From the NCBI GenBank assembly GCA_973895155.1, contig OZ316892.1, positions 1,303,123 to 1,367,122 of the forward strand: a stretch of DNA of 64,000 nucleotides. Reading direction: 5' to 3'. The translations under genes and the position numbers were made by a program. Under the pieces are notes generated by a model. The model was given only the letters and a program-made list of their open reading frames with translations. It was not told the origin of the DNA and ran no database searches. The stretch comes from Marsupella aquatica (taxonomy: Eukaryota; Plantae; Marchantiophyta). The first letter of the stretch is position 1. Each line of letters begins with the position of its first letter. Shown here one piece after another: positions 38,640 through 49,106 of this stretch.

Positions 38640-39720
38640 TTTTGGACATGCCCTTGAAAACAAAGCCATGAAGCAATCTTAAGATACTTATGTGGACCAA
38701 TTCCAAGTGTCACTCACCGTTTAATATCCCTACCTACCTCTTCACCAAACACCTTTGTCTTCTCCTCCATAGACAGCTGAATGTCAATAATCGCAAGCTA
38801 TGCAAGTATAGAACCCTTTTAATTGGCAACTACAAAATCATCACCATTGCTGATCTGGCCAACCTTGACCAAGGATGAAAAACTACCAAACAAATCACTT
38901 GGGGAGTTCACTTCCACAGAAATGGCACATCATGTGCAACGAAGTATAAACCCATCTAATTGGGTGTGGCGAAAGACTTCCAAAGTTTTGTGGAAGAACA
39001 CATAGGGCATGTTTTGTTGACTAGTTGACTTTAACAAACACACAAGTCTATTTAATTTTTAAAAATATTTTCTTAAAATTTTTTAGGTGTTTTTCAGTAA
39101 AAAAATGGGCAAAATTTAAAGATTGAAAGGGTTTTGCAAAAAAAAAAACAATTCACTTATAAGTTAGTGGGTCAAACCCTAAAATGCCACATGTGATGTA
39201 TGGCCCTCCATATAGTGACCTCCCCCCCCCCCCGCGAGACAAATCAATAGGGCAATTAGAACAAACCATGGGCTTTACGGATGCTACCACAAATTTTAGG
39301 GGGCTGCTGCACACATCCAGGGGGCACACGGAAGAGATTATGATCAACATTGAAGGGTGGACATGGAGATGGACTCAAGGGGAAAAATGTTGGAATCTCA
39401 AGGGACAAAAAGCTTGGGCCTTGATCAATTGGAGGGGGTTTTCTCTAGACTCTCATGAGGTCTGGAGGGGCCAGTGGATTCACCTCTAGATTGACTAGTC
39501 TTCTTGTAGTGTCAGACTAGATTTTTGGAAAGGACTAATTGCTAGGTATTTTTTCCCAATTTTTGCGCTCTCAAGTGGGATGTGGTGGGATGTGTACCAC
39601 TTAATTGTCAAATAAATATCAAAACTATTGAGCACATGTTCTATGAGTGCCCAAGATTGAGAGCTTCATGGAGTAAACTTGAACACAATGTTGAGGTATG
39701 TCGTTTGTTTATTAAATGGT
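38640..39720 (+). pseudogene. Degenerate LINE (L1-type) ORF2 C-terminal relic
   Basis: zf-RVT-like KTIEHMFYECPRLRASWSKL near 39625-39685, preceded by Trp-rich segments. Many stops and frameshifts; boundaries approximate. Confidence 0.55.
38898..39238. mobile_element. MITE family X copy 2 (8-bp TSD ACAAATCA)
   Basis: Begins CTTGGGGAGTTCACTTCCACA, ends CCATATAGTGACC...CGAG. TSD at 38890-38897 and 39239-39246. Confidence 0.85.
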
Positions 39721-41509
39721 AACTACGCATATTTTCACTACTTCACAACCAATACCGTTTTAATTGTATCACGGGGACGTGGAGGGATGCTATTTAGACT
39801 TCATCACACCAGAAATGAGTATATTTGTTTTCCCTCCCCAAAATGCATTTTTTGATCAAGTCTACCGACTGTCTCACCCTTCACTGCTTTTGATCAAGTC
39901 CCGTGGACTGCACTCTCTACTTTCCTCTTGGTCTCTAGTGGAGTGTTGTCACCACTCCTCTGGCTCACAAGGCCAACCAGACCTTGCAAACTTCTCTCAA
40001 GAATCCACTTGGTGGTGTCCTTTCATAAACAAACACACCAAAACAGTTACAGGAAGAACACAACTATGAAAGAAAGGAAATCATAACACGCTGCAACAAA
40101 CTTTGGAGACTCAAGTTGAATCCATATCTTTTGGTGAACAAGTAATATATTGCATGAGTAACCCGACCTCATGGCTTCTACTCAACTCTTGCCTGACTCG
40201 CTAGGACAATGAGTACTTCTCACCTCACTACTCCAGATGACTTCCCTCTCTACGCTATGAGCTAACACTCTATCAAAACTAGATTGAGTTCCCCTTGATT
40301 CACTACGGGGCTCCCTCCTAAATACTCCAACCACACCAAAGTGTGACACGAGTAACGTGCCACTTAACCAGACGCAGGTCCTAGATTAGGAATTATATGG
40401 TCATTAGGACCGTAGCCCGTAGAATAGCACGAGTAGCCGTCTTTGCCATTATGAATAGATTAGGAGTAGGTTAGTTGACTGAATGATTACGAATAAAGGA
40501 AGGGGATTATTACGATCGACCGAGGTATGATGGCGGCGGGCGACAGAGTAAAAATCCGTTAGGAGATCACGCTTGGACCAAGACGCCAACTTCAGCTCAT
40601 TATCAACGACCAAAACCGCCTTGCCCTCTCACGCTTGAGCTCACCCTGACACCTCCATAAGAGCGAAGTCGATGGCGCTGCGGCCCATTTTCTCATTTCT
40701 ACCTTTCGTAAATTGTGGACGTTGCCATTCACTCTTTTGGTCACATCAAGCTACCTTTTACGAGGAACTTATCGAGGGTTAAGAGCTGATTGTGGCGGGA
40801 TTTAGTTAGGGCAAGTACGGCCACCACCAGCAAACAAACTGCCAGACGAGAACGCGAACTCGACGAACCAGACTGCAAAGGTTAGTATGACCCTTATAGC
40901 CTTGGGATTTTGGATCTTGTTTGGCGAGGTAGGTGCTAAGTTCTCCAAGACTTACTAGTACTCTTGCCCCGAGAAAGCCGCTTACGAACAAAGATACGCG
41001 AAGTTGGTGGCCAAGGTAGCATAGGTTAACTATGAGAAGACGGCCATCGCCAGGGATTCCAGTTACAACGAGCTGCGGGATTACATCACCGAGCTATATA
41101 TCAGCGAGGAGGGGTTTAGATCTGTAGCAGCGGCGATTCTTGAAGTCCCCGCAAAGTTCTTTAGGCTGAGGGGCAGCCAGAGACTGACTCCAGCGGAGTT
41201 TGACAAGATCCCGGGATATATCGACCAGCAGATTGCAGTCGAGAAGTGTGAAGAAGACATCAACAGACAATGGGAAGTGGCGTGTAATCTTACGTTCCTC
41301 GGGGAAAGCTCCAATGCCTTCAATTGGGATATGGCTACCCGACACCACCCCCAGCCCCTCAACTGATGACCACCGGCGTACCACCAAACTAGTCCCAAAT
41401 CCATCCCGTGAACAACACTGAGTATTCCTTGGGTTTCGAGCGTGTTAGTCCGCAGCTTGAGCAACGTTCTTGGAAGCGGGCAAGGACGACGCCAGCCCCC
41501 AAACCAACA

Positions 41510-43208
41510 ATGCAAACCAACGCCACCACTGCACCTGCCCTGGCAAACCCCCCAACCAACCAGACCCGACGGCCCTCGGATAATCCAAAGTCTAACTTAT
41601 TACAAGTAATCCGTGTCCCCGAGGTAGTCTGGATCGCGATCAAGAAACTCGACCACGCGGACTATCTCAAGGAGCATCAGTTGGAGCAATTTGCTCACTT
41701 GTTATGGAGACTTTGCGCAGCCGGGCCAAAGGAGATTTGTGAGTTCATATCCAACTTTGATATTGATGCATCGACCACCAAGGTTTCAGGACAGACCTTG
41801 TTACTCACGGAGCATCGGTTGACACAGATCTTTTGTCTGCCAACCGAGCCAATGTCGGTTGAACTCCAAATTTGGGATAAGGAGTATACACTTCGGCACT
41901 TCAAACCCGAGGGTAAGACAGACAACGGGTACAAGCAGGGGTCGTGCACCAATTTAATCTGTATGGAGCGGCTTAACTTCATACGGACTACCCTACACAT
42001 GATTGAGCCACAATCAGAGATCTCCCTCTATACGATCGTATAGGTGGAACAGTACAAACGGCGGAATTGGGCCCAATTCTTTTACCATAGGTTCTCACGG
42101 GAGCTTAAGCGGGCTCAAGGAGGTATGGCCATCGGGGGAAGGACCTACCTAGGAAGTCATATTGCCATATATCATCCTTGCCTAATACAAAGCGCGGCGG
42201 GAGGCCAGGGGAAAGAATATGGCCACCTCAACCCTAACTAATGTCACCCCCACTCCGGAGGAGGCTACCCCGAGCGAGCAAACTACCACGCCTTGGGCAA
42301 ACCCCAAGCCCGCGGCCCCAACTAATACTGCGTCACCTCCTCCTATTGATATTCTGCCACCCCCTTTCGTCAAGCCTCCGCTACCCCCGGTACAACCATC
42401 CCCAATCCCTCCACCATTTGAAGAAACCTTCCCCTCCCCATTGCAGACTACGGAGGAGCTCGCCGCCCCGCCCGAGGAACCACCGGTGTCCAAGAGGATG
42501 AAGGACTACCAAGTAGCCCCAGGGACCATGGCCTACGACCTGGTCCAGAAGTTTAGCCAGACTATGTCAGGGAAGCTGGCGACGTACATCGGACAACAAG
42601 TCTCGACGTACTTCCAACCAGCCTTCTTCATGTTAGAGCACCAACCGTGGATCGTAAGCCGCTTGGAGGAAGAACTCATGGCAAGGGCGAACGAGATCGG
42701 GCACCTCCAAATGCTAGTGGAACACCTTGAAGAGGAGGCCACTACCCGTCGTGAGGAGTTAGTCCGCACCATTGAACAACAGGACAAACTAAGCCAAGAG
42801 TTGAGCATGGCGCAAGCAGATCTCAAGAAGCGGGATGACACCATGCTTCAATTGCGCTCAAAATCCTCGGCTCGGGTTACCAACCTGACCGATCTCAACA
42901 ACCAACTCCTGTAGTCAGCTCAGCAGGTGGCTAGTCTCTCCGCCGAGCGAGATAAATTGCTGGCGCAAGACCAGACCCATCGTGTCTCCATCGGCCAGCT
43001 CAACCTAGAGGTAGCACGGCTCCAAACCGAGGCCAATGAAGCTGCAAACGAGGTAGAAGAGGCGGTACGGGACAACAAGGCCTTGCAGGACCGCATTACC
43101 CTGCTCATCCTCCAACAGGCAAGACCTGGGCCCACCTCTGATCAAGGCGGCTCGAGGTCTCGCCCCGACAAGGGGACAAACCCTGGCCCTACCACAACAT
43201 GCACGTAA
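41510..43208 (+). pseudogene. Retrotransposon accessory ORF (plant transposon-protein-like N-terminus, Pro-rich linker, coiled coil)
   Basis: ORF pieces 41408-42043, 42044-42241, 42219-42914 and 42927-43208 join across two stops and one frameshift. Motifs ICEFISNFD...KVSGQTL...IFCLP and NWAQFFY...REL resemble the extra ORFs of non-chromovirus gypsy elements. Confidence 0.65.
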
Positions 43209-45045
43209 GGGGTGGTTAGTGAAGGGTGTGAGCAGGCGTCGCGCGAGGCAATTGAGTCAGCAACATCTTTTTGATTAGGCTTAATGACAGAATGGCTGTC
43301 ATTAGGCACCGATTAGCGGCACAATAGGAAGGATTAGGACAGAGTCAATTAGGATCAACCAACGTAGGATAGAGTCCATCAACGGACTAGGATTTTGGTC
43401 AGTAGACTTGGCTACTGCCACCCCGGTCAGCTCCCCCACCACTAATGGTCAACCGGTCAGAAGTAGTGCGGTCGGTTAGTCAAAAGGTAGTTAGTTAGTA
43501 CAGTAGGCATTACCCCGGGAGGTAGTATCTTCCAGTTCCTTTCCGCAACTGTAGTATTTAGGCTTCCCCTTCCGCTGGAGAAGGGGAGAAGGCTTAGTTA
43601 TCTCAGTGCAAGAAAAGGCGAGGCACGGGGAGTCCCGGCCTGAGCAGGGTCAGAGTGCACTAAGGAGTGAGAGCCAGAGTCGAGCTTGCTGGGCAAGTGT
43701 GGGGCGGGACCTCGTAGAGACTGGGCATCGACTGCCTTGGGTCTGCTGACCCCCTTAGAAGTTGAGTCAACCATGTAAACTGATTCTTCGCTGAGTAAAT
43801 ATAGTCTTTTCCCTCTGATTTTTCCACGAGTAACTAGTGTTAAATGTATGCTTTGTCCGGGCAAAGGCACCATTTCAAGGGACGTACTGGGTGCGGATTA
43901 ATGGTAGGGATTGCCACCCATTGCATGTCACAAAGTTCTGTCGCGTCGATGGCTTGAAAGCCCCAAGCCGAGAATTAGTCCGAGTCACTAACTGTGGGAA
44001 TATTCCAGCGGTGGAAAACAAATATACCTATGACTAGTACAAGCTGCGTAAGTATTATACCGGTAAGTATATTAACTTAGCCCGACATAGGACTAATCCG
44101 GCCCACTACACACCTCCTTGCCTGAACCCTCACCCCTACTGGTGGTCGAGGTCGCCCCAGGGAACTAACTCGGATTTAAGGCCCAGGTTATGGGCGCGAC
44201 ATATGGTGACCGGTTTTTTGGCGCTAGATGGATCGAACATGTGAAGAATGAGGGAGAGAATGCTCTCCCTCCAACCTATACCCCCCAAGGGGGACTAAGA
44301 TGTGTGGGCCTAACTAAGTGGATCTTATCCTAAACTAACCAAGGGTCAATTAACCCTAGTAAGGCCAAACTAACTATAGTCGGGAACTCGAGTCAATTCC
44401 TAACACTTATTGTGATGGAACCCAAGCACCAGCTACGGGAGGACCTCCACCGGTTCCGCCGGCCCCGCAGATACCAGGTGCGTTGCGGCCTCCTACAGCT
44501 CAGAATGTGTCATAGCGATCTCGGTTCCACTATCGACCCTTCAAGGGATGACCCACGGATGACCCCGATGAATGGCTAGCTGAGTTTGAGGCCACAGCCA
44601 ATGCAAATGGAGAGGAAGCCATTAAGCTAACCATTCTTCCGAGCGTGCTACGAGGAGAAGCACACCCATGGTTTAACTTGCAACCCCTCGGCTTCACATG
44701 GGGCCAGTTCCAGACGGCATTTTTGCAAGAATTTAGGCCCATGGGGATCGAATCTCGGGCCCTATCAAAAATTGGACGGATGCAGATGGGTAAGCATGAC
44801 TCACTTCGCAAATTCCTGCAGCGATTCCAGAAGGTTGCCGCCAAAATTCAGCCCAAGCTCGATGACTCCCTGTTGAGAAAATGGTTCGTCAATGTGCTAC
44901 CCCAGAAGATGGCGTTCTCGATGCTAGAAAAGAAGACCACCACCCTACAACATGCAATCGATAGTGCAGAATCCTTCAAGGAATTGCACTACGCCTCTCA
45001 GCTAAACCGGAGGACCAAGCATAAGAAGAGCAGGAGGTATCATAC

Positions 45046-46930
45046 TGAAATGTTAAATTTTAGCAAGTTAGGATTAGTAGCAATTACGCTAATCATTGAG
45101 TATAGTTAAGTAGAAGTCAGGACTTTAGGGCCTCCACTATGTTAACCCTAAAAACCTCTAGACGAACTTCATCTTTCCAATTGAGGTTCAGTTTTTGTGG
45201 TATAACAACAACTTTACAGAGATGGAGCAATCTGCAGTCCTCTACCTGATTAAGATAACCAATGAGGCGATTTGGGGAATGCATTGTAGCGAGTTAGTTT
45301 ATGAAGGATGTGATATTCCCTTGGAAGATGGGAGAATGTGCGCTTTAGGTCCAAGTGCTCGCAGAGCTAGATTGAACAGAGAACACCAGGATGCAGGGTT
45401 GTCGATGCGGAAGCGAACCAATCATTTCTGTAGACCGGTTGGATCAGGCCAACACATGTACAATTTCTTTGTACAAATCAATACAGTTGTGTATCAAGTG
45501 TGGGAAGAAGCTGGATGTCAGTTGTTTGGAGTGCCCGGCCATGAATTTCACAAGCAACTTGGTGCACAAGAGAGAGACTGTCACCGTGTAATGAAAATTA
45601 GTGTTGGGTAGTGAGAATTGAGAAAACCGCAGCAAGAAAACTCAACAGATATTAGGATTCTAGAGAATGAGGACCCACCCCACATACCGGCGATCAAAGG
45701 CAGCAGTCGGTGAAACACAAGTAGAACCGGTGGAAGTCGCCATTCAAGCGATTAACATTGGAGCCACTGAGCCCGAGGATGAAACTTTGACTGATCGTTC
45801 CGAAGAACGATTAACTGAAAGACAACCAATTAAGAGATGCATGATCCAGTAGCAAGTAACAGTTAAGAGTTACTATGACAAGTAACGATTAACATGTGCC
45901 TTTAATGGAATAAAGCGGTTGTAAAAACTGAATAAGCAGTTTGACAGAACTTTACAACTGCTAATTGTTAGAGGAAGTTAGACAAACCTGCCTGTAGAAG
46001 AAATATAGGGTAGCAAAGTAGGAGTGGTAAGGGTCTTTTGTTGTGGAAACTTTCAGGATCAGGAAGTTCGAGAGGTAGCCCAGGAGGAGGTAGTGCCGGA
46101 TTGCTAGACCTGGAGGTAGATGGAAGCCCATGGAAGAAAAACCATGTAAAGAAATTGATGTGTTCATGGAATGAAAGATGCAATCAAGGCCTGTCGGCAG
46201 GACTTCAGGAAGCATTCGATTGCATAGCTTATATTTGTTGTATGTCAGTAAAATCAAAACTAAGGAATTGATACTGAAAAAGAGATGGCTGGAAATATTA
46301 ACCTTTGACAATGGAGAGTTCATTTGGATTTGGTTGGAACCTGTAAAAGGAAATATCAGAATAGTATGGCATGTGATGATTGAGATTACAAATTGTTAAA
46401 GGAATCCCTGCCAAAGTGAAATGTTGAGTAATGGATAAGAGGCAAATTCTGAGTGAGACCCAGAGTAGGTAACATGGAATTAGCTACCTCAGATTGGTCG
46501 TTTAAATTGGAACACATCCCATTTGGGCTACAAAATGCCCCGAATGAATGTAAAGCCATGATTGAGAGTTGGGTGAGAATTATTAGAGAGGAAGAAGAAG
46601 AGTAAGTGTCTGAGGAACTTTCTACAATGGGTTTGGAAATCCTCTTTGAAGAAACATTAACTGAAAGGGGAAAGGGAAATTGACATTCAATTCAAGTAAC
46701 AGGCGGGGGATCAAACTAAGATAGTTAGATCACTGTCTCGAGTAATTGTACAGGTCATCACTAATTGTTTGACAAATAGGTTAAATGGTAGATGACAAGT
46801 GAATGAGAAATTGGATCAATTGAAGCCGTATAATGTTTAATTGATACACAGAAGGATAGTGGAGGAGTTAGGAGTTCCGGAGGAGGGTTACCTCCAGGAG
46901 TTGGCAACCAGTCAACTACAGCGGTTAACA
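45046..46930 (+). mobile_element. TG..CA solo-LTR-like insert (1885 bp) in gypsy gag, carrying cargo ORFs
   Basis: 5-bp TSD CATAC at 45041-45045 and 46931-46935. Removing it restores gag (RRYHT|FSDSNSEYDEKKKK). Confidence 0.88.
45222..45611 (+). CDS. Putative RPA70 C-terminal (zinc-binding OB-fold)-like ORF inside the insert; may once have extended to ~45713
   Basis: Pattern LVYEGC...C...HFC...MYNFFVQI...VWEEAGCQLFGVPGHEF resembles RPA1 DBD-C (YxAC..C..C..C..Y.L...I.D...F.E.AE.LLG..A..L). Recognised by eye only. Confidence 0.5.
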   Translation: MEQSAVLYLIKITNEAIWGMHCSELVYEGCDIPLEDGRMCALGPSARRARLNREHQDAGLSMRKRTNHFCRPVGSGQHMYNFFVQINTVVYQVWEEAGCQLFGVPGHEFHKQLGAQERDCHRVMKISVG

Positions 46931-47970
46931 CATACCTTCAGCGATTCCAACTCTGAGTACGACGAGAAGAAAAAGAAGAAAAGACGGCGGCATAAGAAGA
47001 AGGGGCGGACAAGCTCTTCGTTAGAGTCTAGCGATTCCCTTTCCAGTAGCCCAACGTTGATTGGCTCATCCTCCAGCGACACTCAGTCAGATTCTCATAA
47101 TCGCCGAAGGAAGAAGGGATCACGGTCAAATACGGGTAAACATAAACCGCGATCGAAGGTTGTCACCATGGACCCCAAGGCCGCAGAGGTAGAGAAGCTA
47201 AATGAACTCACAGACCGGCTAAAAGCACTATCGGTGCATTTGGCGGAGAAACTACCTGACAAGAAGAAACCACCAGAAACCCGAGCACATGCTTGGTGCT
47301 CCAAGTGTTATCAGTCTGGACACGTGGTGCATGAGTGCCCAAGGTGGAACACTCATGTACACCAGATGGAGTTGGAGCTCGGACAGTCCGAGCCAGAGGG
47401 AAGCACAATGGAGTACTTCTTCGAGGATCCGGTTGAGGCGGTGTTCCAGATGAGTATGACGAGACCTCGCACCCTCAGCGGACACAACCCAGTATCCGTA
47501 TCCTGTGAATGGGTGTGTGTCACGCGATTGACATGGGTCTTAACACCAAAAACGTCACTATGGGTGCCAAAACCATCTCCTTGTACCTGAGAATCACGAA
47601 GGGATGTTGTGAAGGCCGGTAAACACCAATTTATGCCCTTAACACCAGACTATCATAGCAAGACTCTATCACACATCACCCAAGCTCAATCCCAAGGAAC
47701 CAAGGTTGGGGATTAGATCTGCGCTCATGATAGTTCTGGTGAGAAGGGGTCTTCATATCGGGCCCGTACACACAGGGCCTAGCGCTACGGTGCGCATAGG
47801 TCTATACGTATGGTTACTGTCATAGGTATATTTCTATTCCGCCGCTGTCGTGATTTTCTCTTAAGTTATAAAAAATTGTTTGTTTTAATATGCTGTAGAT
47901 TATATAAGTAATTTAGTAGTTAGATTAGTAAATTTAGACTTTATTAAACTTCTTTAGCTATATTAACGGA

Positions 47971-48452
47971 CTATAGTAGTTGCACCAATGCATATGAGTA
48001 GTTCCACCAACTACAATAATATTCACCAATGCATAGTAGTTTTACCAACGCATAGTAGGTCCACCAGCGCATAGTAGTTCTACCAACTACAGTAGTTTTA
48101 CCAACGCACAATAGTTCTACCAACGCACAGTAGGTCCACCAACGCATAGTAGATCCACCAACGCATAGTAGGTCCACCAATGCATATGAGTAGTTCCACC
48201 AACTACAATAATATTCACCAACGCACAGTAGTTCTACCAACGCACAGTAGTTCTACCAACGCACAATAGGTCCACCAGCGCATAGTAGTTCTACCAACTA
48301 CAATAGTCTTACCAACGCACAATAGTTCTACCAATGCACAGTAGGTCCACCAACGCATAGTAGGTCCACCAACACATAGTAGTTCCACCAACGCACAGTA
48401 GTTCCACCAACGTATGGTAGTTCCACCTACTAAAAGTAGTTTCACCAACTAT
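47971..48452 (+). repeat. About 25 x 19-bp tandem array (CCAACGCATAGTAGTTCCA)
   Basis: Directly visible, with a higher-order repeat (the variant ATGCATATGAGTAG...CTACAATAATATTC occurs twice). Confidence 0.93.
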
Positions 48453-48544
48453 GAACAGTACTAGCACACTCTTAGGTATTAGATGTTTGACACTTGGCCT
48501 TCATCCAAGTGCTTGGGCTTGATCCATGCCCTCTTGGTGTGCAC

Positions 48545-48554
48545 TATAAATAAA
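48545..48554 (+). promoter_or_regulatory. TATA box of E2
   Basis: GCACTATAAATAAAG, 135 bp upstream of ORF A. Confidence 0.65.
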
Positions 48555-48679
48555 GTGGTGAGGGGCACTCTCCCCTCATTCCGCAGTGTTTATCATTCAA
48601 GGTTGTGAAGCTCTTTGTACCTTAAACATAGTAGTGGGGCGTCCTTTGGCCCGGATAGCAAAGGAATAGGAGAGGCATC

Positions 48680-48895
48680 ATGAATCCAGGAGAGAGAATT
48701 ATCCCTGATCTTCCCCTTCGTAATTCATTTTTGATTAGAGTTCATCTTTTAGACAAACCATCCATGAGACAACATTTAACCTATCATTTTGGAGCTCAAT
48801 TTGCAACTGCTGTTATAGTTTCTAACGAGCCGATAATATACCCAGTAGTGTCATACCGTGAGGAGTGGGAATGCATTATCTTTGTCCTTTATTGA
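48680..48895 (+). CDS. Element-borne small ORF A of E2, 71 aa, intact; function unknown
   Basis: ATG in GGCATCATGA context. About 60% identical, ungapped, to the E1 copy, with many conservative substitutions. Confidence 0.7.
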   Translation: MNPGERIIPDLPLRNSFLIRVHLLDKPSMRQHLTYHFGAQFATAVIVSNEPIIYPVVSYREEWECIIFVLY

Positions 48896-48899
48896 AGTC

Positions 48900-49106
48900 A
48901 TGGATTTGAATAGGAGTCCAGATGATATTCCTGTTTCATTTTCTCTTGGAGATATTAGGATCATATGTCGTAAGAAAACTAATTTCCGTGATGTGTTGGT
49001 CCGCAAGTATGGTGAAGTAGGGTTTAACAGTATTTTAGTTTCACCTGAACCTTTCTTAATATCCACTACCTTTGTTACTAGAATTATCATTTTGGTTTTA
49101 GTGTAG
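48900..49106 (+). CDS. Element-borne small ORF B of E2, 68 aa, intact, N-terminal DLNxxP
   Basis: MDLNRSPDDIPVSFSLGDIRII...VSPEPFLISTTFVTRIIILVLV. ATG lies 4 nt after the ORF A stop. Homologous to 36870-37067. Confidence 0.7.
   Translation: MDLNRSPDDIPVSFSLGDIRIICRKKTNFRDVLVRKYGEVGFNSILVSPEPFLISTTFVTRIIILVLV

Noticed and set aside
47971-48452. CRISPR-like array and minus-strand repetitive ORFs (47971-48240, 48215-48448)
   Set aside because: A pure 19-bp tandem repeat; the ORFs are translations of the repeat.
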